A stretch of 64,000 nt of DNA, taken from positions 6,342 to 70,341 of IMG/VR virus record IMGVR_UViG_3300010354_011858. One strand, given 5' to 3'. The DNA is from a virus. The notes under the pieces are model-generated. The model made no database searches. It worked only from the letters and a program-made list of their open reading frames with translations, and was not told the origin of the DNA. Each line of letters begins with the position of its first letter. Positions within the stretch are counted from its first letter, which is position 1. A program made the translations under genes and the position numbers. Below, piece by piece: positions 1 to 8,775 of the stretch.

Positions 1-116
1 AGAATTTCTTGGGCCATCGACAAAGCATTTGAATACATTTTTTTTCTATCATTAAATATATCGATAATACTAGATGGATTTCTATTGTTTGATAATAGAC
101 GACTATCTCTAGTCAC
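1..116 (-). CDS. hypothetical protein, runs off the window edge
   Basis: GTG at 116-114 overlaps the upstream TGA (GTGA); frame open to the edge (MTRDSRLLSNNRNPSS...). Confidence 0.45.
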   Translation of the reverse strand, partial: MTRDSRLLSNNRNPSSIIDIFNDRKKMYSNALSMAQEI

Positions 117-481
117 ATTCCCATCCCTTCAAGTGCTTGGCTTATAAGACATTCATAACAGAACGCCTTTAACCATCCAGATTTTGTTTTACGAATTTCT
201 GATTTACCACCACAACTTTCACATATATTCTTAGAAAGAGTTTCTGCTTGTGCAACATATCGCTGCATAGCTTCTTTAACTGCGCTTTGTGTTACTTCTG
301 TTGTGTAATAGTATCTAAGTGATCCAAACTTTTCTTTAATTTGAATAATTTTATAATCCGGATCGAGCATTACTAATTTTTTATGTAAGTCTATAATTAA
401 GTCATGCCAACCGTTACCTGGCAGGTAGTTGTCATGTGTCATTCTATTCTTAATATCTTCTAAGTAGTTAATGCTATTCAT
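113..481 (-). CDS. conserved phage hypothetical protein with C-terminal Zn ribbon
   Basis: GW...QIKEKFGSLRYY...CESCG...C-x2-C pattern common in phage proteins. Confidence 0.7.
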   Translation of the reverse strand: MNSINYLEDIKNRMTHDNYLPGNGWHDLIIDLHKKLVMLDPDYKIIQIKEKFGSLRYYYTTEVTQSAVKEAMQRYVAQAETLSKNICESCGGKSEIRKTKSGWLKAFCYECLISQALEGMGM

Positions 482-1241
482 TAATTATCTCCATATCAAT
501 TTTTTTTTGATTCTTTTTATATAAGCCTTTAGTTTTTATAGATTTAAATAATTTACCAAAACTTTGGTGCCATAAAACTATATAAACAGAATCATCTCCA
601 AGTAAAAATTTTAAATTTTTTTTTCTTTTAAATGGAATAATTTGTATTAATGGATCTTGAAAAGATATTTTAAAATCTTCTTTTATAAGTGGATTTATTA
701 CAATATTAATGTGGTGATAAGAATCCGTATTTATTACACCTGGCATTACTTCATATTCTTTTTTAGAATTCCAACTTACAGGAAGAATCAAACACGACCA
801 GCCTTTTGGAGTTTTTATTGTCCATGGTGTAATTAATTTAATAAAGTTTGTTTTTTCTAGGTATCTTTTTTTAGTAACTGGACATGATCCTACTTGATCA
901 TAATCAAATGTTTCAATACCAAAGTTACCCTGCTGTGTGTTTAAATCATAAAAATGATTCCATGAATCACCTTCAAGAAAGAATTCAATGTCTGCCCACA
1001 TAGGCATTGTATAGCCAAGCTTTAAATAATCCAAAACACCAGAACATGTACTTAAGGTTCCTTCGCCCCTTTTTAAATTGTTCCACCATTCTGGCAGTTT
1101 TTTGTTATTGTCAATTGGGAGTACACTGTTAGATATCATAAACATTGATTGTGGTGCAAATACTATTGAATTTTTTAATTTAAAATTTTCTACGTCCATC
1201 GGAGTGGAAGCTCTAATTATTTTTTTATTTTTAAAAAACAT
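474..1241 (-). CDS. hypothetical protein (DUF6065-like, possibly dUTPase-like fold)
   Basis: PWTIKTPKGWSCL, PGVINTD, PLIQIIPFKR motifs typical of aquatic phage accessory genes; family assignment tentative. Confidence 0.55.
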   Translation of the reverse strand: MFFKNKKIIRASTPMDVENFKLKNSIVFAPQSMFMISNSVLPIDNNKKLPEWWNNLKRGEGTLSTCSGVLDYLKLGYTMPMWADIEFFLEGDSWNHFYDLNTQQGNFGIETFDYDQVGSCPVTKKRYLEKTNFIKLITPWTIKTPKGWSCLILPVSWNSKKEYEVMPGVINTDSYHHINIVINPLIKEDFKISFQDPLIQIIPFKRKKNLKFLLGDDSVYIVLWHQSFGKLFKSIKTKGLYKKNQKKIDMEIINE

Positions 1242-1243
1242 AA

Positions 1244-1981
1244 CTATAATGATCCTCCACGATCAATATTAAATATTGCACCAGTAATATTCTTACATGG
1301 ATCACTAGCAATATATAAATACATTTCAGCAACATCTTGAACTGGGATTAATTCATCTATAAATCTAGTTAAGAGATTGAAGTCGGCATTATCAGGGAGT
1401 TTTTGTTTATCAATAAAAGGAGTTTGTACTCCACCAGGCGATACTGCATTAACTCTTATATTATTCTTTTTATACTCATATGCTAGTTCTTTTGTTAATC
1501 CAACAACGCCTGCTTTACTAGCAACATACGCAGCACTCCATGGCAAAACAGTATTATATGCTAATGAAGTCGTATTGATAATACATCCATAATTTTGATT
1601 TATCATAAATGGAAGAGTATACCTAGATGTATAAAAAGAACCATTTAAGTTAGTAGATATAATATTATCAAATTCATGTGGAGTTTGAAGATGAGTGTGC
1701 TGCATGGAATTAATTCCTGCTGTATTGATGAGTACATCAACTTTACCCATCTCTGCAACTGAGAAGCGGATTGAATCTTCTACTGCAACATAGTCCTTCA
1801 CATCGCACTTTACTGCGAATGAATTGGGTCCGGCAAGTCTTACTGTTTCTTGTGCGTTCTCAATCGTTTTGCTTAAACAAGCAACGGTCGCACCAGCATT
1901 TGCAAATTTTATAGCAACCTCACGACCAATACCTGTCCCTGATCCAGAAATAATGACAGCAGATCCAGCAAAATCACGCAT
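1244..1981 (-). CDS. short-chain dehydrogenase/reductase (FabG-like SDR)
   Basis: SGSGTGIG Rossmann motif, NTAG, catalytic YVASK, IRVNAVSPG. Confidence 0.92.
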   Translation of the reverse strand: MRDFAGSAVIISGSGTGIGREVAIKFANAGATVACLSKTIENAQETVRLAGPNSFAVKCDVKDYVAVEDSIRFSVAEMGKVDVLINTAGINSMQHTHLQTPHEFDNIISTNLNGSFYTSRYTLPFMINQNYGCIINTTSLAYNTVLPWSAAYVASKAGVVGLTKELAYEYKKNNIRVNAVSPGGVQTPFIDKQKLPDNADFNLLTRFIDELIPVQDVAEMYLYIASDPCKNITGAIFNIDRGGSL

Positions 1982-2405
1982 TAAACTTTGCTTCTCTTCT
2001 CTGCTGTTGTGGATCTATAATCTCGTATGTTCCTCTGCTAACTTTCTTAAAGAAACCTCTATTTGCATTAATATAATTATACAAAGTAGGTGTAGTAATC
2101 TCACACATTTCAATTATTTCATTAGACTTAAGTGTTTTGCCAATATTCTGTTTAATAAAAGCATCAAGTTTAGATGTCTTAGCACCACGCTTCTTTTTCT
2201 CAACAGGCCTAACTTCTGAGAAGTTGAAATAGTCCCACCATTTATTGGATAATTCGTGTGAGAGGGAATAGTATGAAGTAATTTGGCTTAGAGTTTTGCC
2301 ATCTCTAACACCAATAACAATGGAGCAGGCTGTTCTACGGTCTTCTTGGCTTATTTGTTTTGGAAGATTTTGTATTAGATTTTCTGCTTGAACCGGATTT
2401 AACAT
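1974..2405 (-). CDS. putative DNA-binding protein
   Basis: 143-aa ORF with HTH-like segments (EIIEMCEITTPTLYNYI). Confidence 0.55.
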   Translation of the reverse strand: MLNPVQAENLIQNLPKQISQEDRRTACSIVIGVRDGKTLSQITSYYSLSHELSNKWWDYFNFSEVRPVEKKKRGAKTSKLDAFIKQNIGKTLKSNEIIEMCEITTPTLYNYINANRGFFKKVSRGTYEIIDPQQQRREAKFNA

Positions 2406-2712
2406 TTAATGGTTTACCTTTCGTTTTTGTTGGTCTTCTAACCTCATCAAGGATAGCGTCTGCCTCCGTATACTTACGGAAGTTTAGCACACAGTTCTTC
2501 AAAACGGCGGATCCAGCAGAATATTTTTGCGAATCTAATTCGTATGTGCAGGCGATATAATAGTAATCATCATCTTCTGCAACTAAGTATCCAACGGCAC
2601 TTAAAATACACATTGTTTGAGGCGTTCCAATATCATACCAGTCATCATCAATACTGAAATGATCTTCCCAAAAGACCTCAACAAGGGGCGGAAGCGGCGG
2701 GTATTTATTCAT
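2335..2712 (-). CDS. conserved phage hypothetical protein
   Basis: VEVFWEDH...W...SAVGYL motif; start moved to ATG 2712, which follows a GGAGG. Confidence 0.7.
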   Translation of the reverse strand: MNKYPPLPPLVEVFWEDHFSIDDDWYDIGTPQTMCILSAVGYLVAEDDDYYYIACTYELDSQKYSAGSAVLKNCVLNFRKYTEADAILDEVRRPTKTKGKPLNVKSGSSRKSNTKSSKTNKPRRP

Positions 2713-2725
2713 TATTCCTCCAATA

Positions 2726-2789
2726 AGCAGAGCAGCCCCCACACCATAAATAAACTTTCGTAATACTTACAGCCAGGAACTGCCCTGCC
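2726..2789 (-). ncRNA. candidate structured 5' leader (long hairpin with GAAA tetraloop)
   Basis: GGCAGGGCAGTTCC/GGGGCTGCTCTGCT 14 bp plus GCTGTAAGTA/TATTTATGGT 10 bp, many G-U pairs, AC-GAAA-GT apex; begins 7 nt after TG-t-TATACT. Confidence 0.5.
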
Positions 2790-2795
2790 AAAGAT

Positions 2796-2804
2796 AGTAT
2801 AACA
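2796..2804 (-). promoter_or_regulatory. extended -10 promoter TG-t-TATACT
   Basis: match to TGnTANNNT in an intergenic region. Confidence 0.6.
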
Positions 2805-2839
2805 TCAATTCTGTATTTTCATCATATATATTTATTATA

Positions 2840-4000
2840 TTATTTAATATATTGACCGTATATTGATTCAATTAGAGAGCCAGTTAAATTTCTTTCTTCT
2901 CTATATTGAATAGAATCGATACTAATATTTTTATAGTTATCAATCATATAATTTAAGAAGCAATTTAATTGTAAAATTGCTGTCTGAAAGCCGATGCATC
3001 TATACATGCCGTGACCAAATACTAAATTTGTTTTTTTATAATTTCTATATATATTAAAATCTTTAGTGTGTTTACCAAATTTTGTTTCATCAAAATTAGC
3101 ACTGCCTAATAAAAATGCAACAATATCACCCTTCTTAATATTTTTATTATGCAGTATGTGATCCGATGATGCAACTCTAATCAGATTAGTTTGTATAAAA
3201 CTATATCTAAGTGTTTCTTGTATAAAATTATTTGATAGTTTTTTATTTTTAATGACATCAAGAAAATAATTATTATATTGATATATATTATTTAAAAAAT
3301 TTGGGAATGTACCAGTTAATGAGCTTGATCCACCAAGCATCATTCCCATACAAAATGATATTGCTACATCCCTATCTCTACAGTTTGATACAAGAGGAGG
3401 AGGATTATTAATTATAAACTTATATGCGTTTTTGCATATATCTATTCTTTCTTGAATACTTGCCCGTTTCATTAAACTACTGGTAATCTGGAAAACATCG
3501 TCGGCCATCTCGTGATCGTATCCCATGAGATCGCATATTGTTAACAGTGGTATTCGATTTGTTACTGTTTTTACTAAGTCCACGGGGCCAATATTTTCTA
3601 TATTAGAAAAGATTTTATTAATATTTAAATTAATTTTTGACTCTAAATCACCGGCTATTGCGGAATGGTAGATATCTAATAATTTTTTTCTATGAATTGT
3701 ATACTCAGGTGGCAACTGTATCTGAAAGAACTGTCTGTCCTTGTCAGATAGTAGTTCCGGATTATTTGTCATACATGTTAAATCTCTTATAACAATTGAA
3801 TCGGTGGTATCATAAGTGTATAATTCATGGTTAGCCAAGCCATTAATTACATCTTGATATCTACTAATAATCCAAGCTCTGTGATGATCGCTCCAATACA
3901 CTGGCTCATATTTTCTAAGATCAGAATAAAGATTTAATAAATCTTCCTTCGGTGTTTTGTTAGTAAAGTTAAAATTTATCATATATTTACTCTTTATCAT
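2840..4000 (-). CDS. cytochrome P450 (atypical I-helix)
   Basis: ETLR K-helix ExxR, IKKGD, SANFDE, heme motif FGHGMYRCIG; alternative start at 3982. Confidence 0.9.
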   Translation of the reverse strand: MIKSKYMINFNFTNKTPKEDLLNLYSDLRKYEPVYWSDHHRAWIISRYQDVINGLANHELYTYDTTDSIVIRDLTCMTNNPELLSDKDRQFFQIQLPPEYTIHRKKLLDIYHSAIAGDLESKINLNINKIFSNIENIGPVDLVKTVTNRIPLLTICDLMGYDHEMADDVFQITSSLMKRASIQERIDICKNAYKFIINNPPPLVSNCRDRDVAISFCMGMMLGGSSSLTGTFPNFLNNIYQYNNYFLDVIKNKKLSNNFIQETLRYSFIQTNLIRVASSDHILHNKNIKKGDIVAFLLGSANFDETKFGKHTKDFNIYRNYKKTNLVFGHGMYRCIGFQTAILQLNCFLNYMIDNYKNISIDSIQYREERNLTGSLIESIYGQYIK

Positions 4001-5126
4001 TCCCTAGAAATCTCATATGTAGACTATCCCACATCATACCTGAGAGGTCGGCTTTGTTTCTTAGGACACCGGAAATTATTTCAAAGTTTGGAGATATTTC
4101 AACAATTGATTCGAGTATAGATGTCATTTCTAATCTAGCAAGCCTCTGGCCGGGACATGTGTGTGGACCGTATCCAAAAGCAAAGTTATGCTTATTAATC
4201 TCTCTATTAATTAAAAACTCATCAGGACTATCTTTTATAAATTCTTCATCAAATCCAGCAGATGCAGTTAAAAATAACACGGTATCTCCTGCTCGTATAA
4301 ATTTATTATTTAATACATGATCAACTGTTGCTGTTCTTATAACAAATTGGGATAAATATCTATGTCTTAGTGATTCTTCTACAAAAAGAGGAATAAGTTC
4401 GTTATTATTTAATATTCTATAATATTCTTCTGGATGTTTCTTGCAGTTATAGACTAGATTTGCTAGTTCAGCAGAAATAGTTTCATAGCCGGCAATTGCA
4501 ATTGATGTACAGAGTGTGCCAATAACTTTTTTTGTCAAATTTACATTTGAAAACTCTTTTTCTGCAATTTCTATAACCAAGCCTGGTGGATTCTTATAAA
4601 AAAATCCGGCCAAGTTCATTACAGCTTCTTTTTGCTCCTCCTTTGAGGAGAGATCAAATAATTTCTTTGCTTGTTCTTTTATAAACTCTAAATGATCTTT
4701 ATCTATTCCAAATATATCAAATATTACATATATAGGAAATAACATAAATAAACTATTTATTATATCAATATCTTTATTTAAAATAGATTTTAATTCATTT
4801 GAAAAATTATTTTTTATTTTTAATTTTAATTCTTCACTAACCTGGCTTGAAATAATTCTATTAATAATTTTTCTAAATTCAGTATGGGCCGGCGGGTCTA
4901 GTTCATAGAATGGTAGATTGTCATATAGTTCAGACCTTTTTGTTTCAAGGGTAGTTCCATAATTTGCAGTATATTTACTATAGTCACGCAAACAAGATAC
5001 AACATCTGTATATTTAGATACTATCCAAATTTTATGTTCATCATTCCAATGACATCCATCTAAATGTCTTAGAAGTTTGTATTTTTTATAATTATCAAAT
5101 GTAACTTCATATGGGTCGTAAATCAT
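3987..5126 (-). CDS. cytochrome P450
   Basis: DPPAHTEFR, AGYET I-helix, EESLR, heme motif FGYGPHTCPG; ATG 5126 preferred over 5168. Confidence 0.93.
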   Translation of the reverse strand: MIYDPYEVTFDNYKKYKLLRHLDGCHWNDEHKIWIVSKYTDVVSCLRDYSKYTANYGTTLETKRSELYDNLPFYELDPPAHTEFRKIINRIISSQVSEELKLKIKNNFSNELKSILNKDIDIINSLFMLFPIYVIFDIFGIDKDHLEFIKEQAKKLFDLSSKEEQKEAVMNLAGFFYKNPPGLVIEIAEKEFSNVNLTKKVIGTLCTSIAIAGYETISAELANLVYNCKKHPEEYYRILNNNELIPLFVEESLRHRYLSQFVIRTATVDHVLNNKFIRAGDTVLFLTASAGFDEEFIKDSPDEFLINREINKHNFAFGYGPHTCPGQRLARLEMTSILESIVEISPNFEIISGVLRNKADLSGMMWDSLHMRFLGNDKE

Positions 5127-6648
5127 ACAATTCTTTAATTTTTTTATAATCAATTTTACCAATTTCATTCCTTGGTATTAAATTTGATTTAATAAATTCT
5201 TTTGGAATCTTATAGTCAGCAAGATAATTTAAACAGAATTTTTTTAAACTAGCAAAGTCTATCTCTGTATCACAATTTATAACACAAGTTACTTGCTGAC
5301 CCCATCTATCGTGGTGTTTACCTATTACAACTGCATCAGTGACTCCTGGGTACGACTTTATTACTTCTTCAACTTCCTCTGGGTAAACCTTTTCTCCGCC
5401 AGTATTAATGCAATTGTTGTCTCTTCCAAGCAGAACAAGTTCACCAGATTCTGTTATATACCCAAGATCACCAGGTATACACCATCTCTTATCGTCAATT
5501 TCTTTAAATACCATATTCGTCTTTAGCGAATCACTGTAATAGCCAATTGGTAAATGACCGGTTTTAGCAATTTTACCAATAATGTTACAATCAACCTTAT
5601 TATAATTATCGTCTACAATAATAGTATCTTCTGGAGATACAAAGGATGAGTCATTCACTTTAGCAACAACACCGCCTATTTCTGATCCGCCATATACATC
5701 CATTACCGAAATATGTGGAAGCAATTCAATTAATTTCTTTTTGTTTATTTCTGATAAAAATGCTCCACCGTTATTAATAGAAAACAAATTTTTAAGATTA
5801 TATGTATTCTTGCTTAATTCATCAATTAATGTTATTGCCATTCCGTCGCCAATTATACTCATTGAGTTTGCTTCGGATTTCTCTGCAAGGGATAAGCAGT
5901 GGTAGCCAGTAAATGTTTTATTTGTATACATGATATATGTAGCACCTAATACTAAAGCACTACCCATTACCCATTGACCAGATGCATGCATCATTGGTGT
6001 TGTACACATTATTTTTGGAATAAATTGTTTGTTTAAACATTCAAGAGACAATTCTTTTACTGAGTCAATTGGAGCATTATTTCTACCCTTATTCATAGCT
6101 GCAAGAATGAGATCTTCTTGCCTCCATACAACACCCTTTGGCATGCCAGTCGTACCACCGGTATATGTTATATATATGTCATCTCCTGATCTTTTTTCAA
6201 AGTTTCTTTGGCATCCAAATGATCTGACTGAGTTTTCATAGATCGACTCAAACTTACCAACCCATTTTAATTTTGGTAAGTTTGAATATATTGAATACAC
6301 ATCATCATAAAATTCATCAGATACTAGTGTTGCAACAACATTAGCATTGTTATATAAATATAATAATTCATTTTTAGAATATCTATAATTTATATTAATG
6401 GGTACTGCTCGTATTTTCAAGCAAGCATAAAATGCATAAATCCATTCAATTCTATTTCTTGAATGAATAGCAATATGATCACCATAGCCAAATCCACAAC
6501 TTTTTAAAAAGTTTGCAAGCCTTGTTGCTTCATTATCGATATATCCATAGGTATAAACACAATCATCGGTGATAACAGCAATTCGATCACCAAATGTATC
6601 TGCATGGGATTCTAAAATATCCGCTAAATTAATTGAACCGTCACTCAT
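5107..6648 (-). CDS. acyl-CoA synthetase, FadD19-like
   Basis: NLAD, NYRY, RSGDDIYITYTGGTTGMPKGVVWRQED, GD, LLGR..CINTGGEKVYPEEVE, YKIPK. Confidence 0.9.
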   Translation of the reverse strand: MSDGSINLADILESHADTFGDRIAVITDDCVYTYGYIDNEATRLANFLKSCGFGYGDHIAIHSRNRIEWIYAFYACLKIRAVPININYRYSKNELLYLYNNANVVATLVSDEFYDDVYSIYSNLPKLKWVGKFESIYENSVRSFGCQRNFEKRSGDDIYITYTGGTTGMPKGVVWRQEDLILAAMNKGRNNAPIDSVKELSLECLNKQFIPKIMCTTPMMHASGQWVMGSALVLGATYIMYTNKTFTGYHCLSLAEKSEANSMSIIGDGMAITLIDELSKNTYNLKNLFSINNGGAFLSEINKKKLIELLPHISVMDVYGGSEIGGVVAKVNDSSFVSPEDTIIVDDNYNKVDCNIIGKIAKTGHLPIGYYSDSLKTNMVFKEIDDKRWCIPGDLGYITESGELVLLGRDNNCINTGGEKVYPEEVEEVIKSYPGVTDAVVIGKHHDRWGQQVTCVINCDTEIDFASLKKFCLNYLADYKIPKEFIKSNLIPRNEIGKIDYKKIKELYDLRPI

Positions 6649-6689
6649 CTCCCCAGTTTACACCACTGAAGAAAAGAATGACGGTTCAA
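6633..6689 (-). promoter_or_regulatory. hairpin covering the ligase start codon, with a -10 box (TAAACT) at its apex
   Basis: TTGAACCGTCATTC/GAGTGACGGTTCAA 14-bp outer stem plus inner stem; TAAACT lies 6 nt before ATG 6648. Confidence 0.65.
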
Positions 6690-6692
6690 AAA

Positions 6693-6920
6693 CTATTTTT
6701 TGTCGTTTAAATGCCAGATGATATGCTGATCAATCTTATTATCGACAGCGCTAACATCTGAGTCAAGATCATTAACTGCGTCCTTGAGGTCTTCAAGGAC
6801 AGCCATCACAGCGTCGTGATCTTTCTTATTTTCATTTTTAAATTTTTGTATAATTGCTACTATGATTCCACCAATTGTTCCAATAAATGCAACAATTATG
6901 GATGCAACAGCAGCATCCAT
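6693..6920 (-). CDS. small membrane protein (possibly holin-like)
   Basis: one N-terminal TM helix followed by a coiled coil. Confidence 0.6.
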   Translation of the reverse strand: MDAAVASIIVAFIGTIGGIIVAIIQKFKNENKKDHDAVMAVLEDLKDAVNDLDSDVSAVDNKIDQHIIWHLNDKK

Positions 6921-7288
6921 CACTCACCAAAAATCTTATCAACGAGTTCTTCAGGCGACATTCCAAGATCACCATACTCATCAATATGATCAGTAAGAAT
7001 CTGAATCAGATCGGCTTTTTTAACAGGATCCAAAGGAACCTTTGTCGGAGCCGGTGCTGCCTTATCGGGCTGGTCAGTGGAGGAACCACGGGTTCCATAT
7101 ACCTGACCCGAGCGCTCTTCGGGATTCAACGGGACTTCCTTCATAGCTTTCCCGAGTTCCTCAGACTGCTCCGCATGCCACTCAGCTGCTAACTGATGCG
7201 ACTTAGCCATGTCTTCATGCCATGCCTTCATAGCATCATGCTTTCTTTTGACAATCTGAACGTTGTCATACGGTAACTGAATAATCAT
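6920..7288 (-). CDS. hypothetical protein
   Basis: GGAG SD upstream; 122-aa ORF within the operon. Confidence 0.7.
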   Translation of the reverse strand: MIIQLPYDNVQIVKRKHDAMKAWHEDMAKSHQLAAEWHAEQSEELGKAMKEVPLNPEERSGQVYGTRGSSTDQPDKAAPAPTKVPLDPVKKADLIQILTDHIDEYGDLGMSPEELVDKIFGE

Positions 7289-7300
7289 TTTATTATCTCC

Positions 7301-8755
7301 TTATTTACTACTTTTAGGGTGACCTTTGGGTAAAAGATCATTATCGGTTGTATAATTTGGATTTGAAGGTCTTCCATTTCTCAAAAGATACAGATATGCA
7401 TTAACTCTTGCCATGGCCCACTGTCCACGAGTCATTCCTGGACGGTGTGAGGTAGAGAAAGCGCCAGCACCACGGCGATAAACTGCTTTCAAAGCAGACA
7501 TTGTTGCTTTCTTAGAGGCTGAATCTGCTTTTTTATTATGAGCTTCCATTTTTGCCTTTAAAGAAGAAGTAACTGCTTCACCAAATGTAACAGAAGCACC
7601 CGACTGTGCGGATCCTTTTGGATTTTTTCTTGATCCTCTGCGCCTCTCAGATGGCTTTGCAGGCGTTTTTCTGGGGTCGTTAGGTCCAGGACGACCATAT
7701 GTAACCTTTTCAATGTCGGATTCTCCGCCAGATAGTAAATGCTCAGGAATAATCCACAATTTACAGATTGCATTTGGATCAATTTGACCAGAAACTATCT
7801 CGCAACCTTGACCACCCTCATAAAAAACACAATTTGAACAAACTAACCCCTCATCTTTGAACGGGTTTTTATCTGCTGGGGCATAATGAGCACCGTTTCT
7901 CCCGGTCGTTTGATCAAACTTACCAAATTTTTCGACTATTGATTCATATCCTTCATATTGAGCGATCTGCATAGGGGAAAGTTCAGGATGTTCAGACATT
8001 TCTTCCTCTTCTTCACCATCCTCCTCATCCTCTTCAGCACCCTCTTCTTCATCTTCCATCTCGTCGTCCTCAGGTTCCTCCTCAGAATCAATTAACGATA
8101 TAAGAATTAAATCTGCTAAGTCAAACTTATCTAAAAACTCACTATAAGTATCCAATTCTTCCGCCATCAGCAAATCATTTAAGAAATCATAAGATGTTTC
8201 TTCTTCATAGCCCATATCTTCGTTCTCCTCATTATCGATTGAAACCACACCGTCAGGTATAACAGCAAATCGACATTTGCCTTCCGGGTCAACTGAGGCT
8301 TCTATTATTTTACAAACTGAGCCTCCAGCATAGAGAACACAATTTGAGCACTTCACCCCGATTTCCTTTTCGTCGTTCTCCTCAGGGGTTTCGTAGCCAG
8401 CCCATATGCCGGTACCATCTTCATTAAATTTACCATACTTTTCAGCAATCGCTATTAGAGCCATAGCAAGCATGGCCTCATCTTGGGTTAAATCTTCTGC
8501 AACTTTTTTTACTTTAGGCTTTCTTTTTTTAGGATAACCTTGTTGAGGATTTTTTATGCCTGAACCCATAGATGTGGTCGTAATTTCATTTGCCCTTTGA
8601 ATATCAATATCACCAATAGCGATACCCTGCGCTAGAGCTTTTCTTTTAGCAGCAGTTTTGGATTTGTTATTTCCTGGGGCATATGTATAGCACTTGCCAG
8701 CATCACCCCATTTATATCCTGGTTTGCCATTGTCTGAGCAAGAATTTACGGGCAT
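7301..8755 (-). CDS. modular protein: two HiPIP-like 4-Cys domains, acidic linker, DUF5824-like C-terminus
   Basis: CSNCVLY..C..VDPEGKC and CSNCVFY..C..IDPNAIC; LKAVYRRGAGAFSTSHRPG..QWAMARVNAYL. Confidence 0.7.
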   Translation of the reverse strand: MPVNSCSDNGKPGYKWGDAGKCYTYAPGNNKSKTAAKRKALAQGIAIGDIDIQRANEITTTSMGSGIKNPQQGYPKKRKPKVKKVAEDLTQDEAMLAMALIAIAEKYGKFNEDGTGIWAGYETPEENDEKEIGVKCSNCVLYAGGSVCKIIEASVDPEGKCRFAVIPDGVVSIDNEENEDMGYEEETSYDFLNDLLMAEELDTYSEFLDKFDLADLILISLIDSEEEPEDDEMEDEEEGAEEDEEDGEEEEEMSEHPELSPMQIAQYEGYESIVEKFGKFDQTTGRNGAHYAPADKNPFKDEGLVCSNCVFYEGGQGCEIVSGQIDPNAICKLWIIPEHLLSGGESDIEKVTYGRPGPNDPRKTPAKPSERRRGSRKNPKGSAQSGASVTFGEAVTSSLKAKMEAHNKKADSASKKATMSALKAVYRRGAGAFSTSHRPGMTRGQWAMARVNAYLYLLRNGRPSNPNYTTDNDLLPKGHPKSSK

Positions 8756-8764
8756 AGTAAGACT

Positions 8765-8775
8765 ATTTTATCATA
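8765..8775 (-). promoter_or_regulatory. extended -10 promoter TG-a-TAAAAT (near-leaderless)
   Basis: 9 nt before ATG 8755, no SD. Confidence 0.55.

Noticed and set aside
1244-6648. Metabolic genes as host chromosome flank (prophage boundary)
   Set aside because: Interleaved with typical phage genes on both sides, phage-style promoter, no integrase or att seen; a chimeric assembly still needs a read check
7301-8755. HiPIP-like domains as electron donors for the nearby P450s
   Set aside because: HiPIP potentials are generally too positive, and the gene differs in composition and promoter from the cassette
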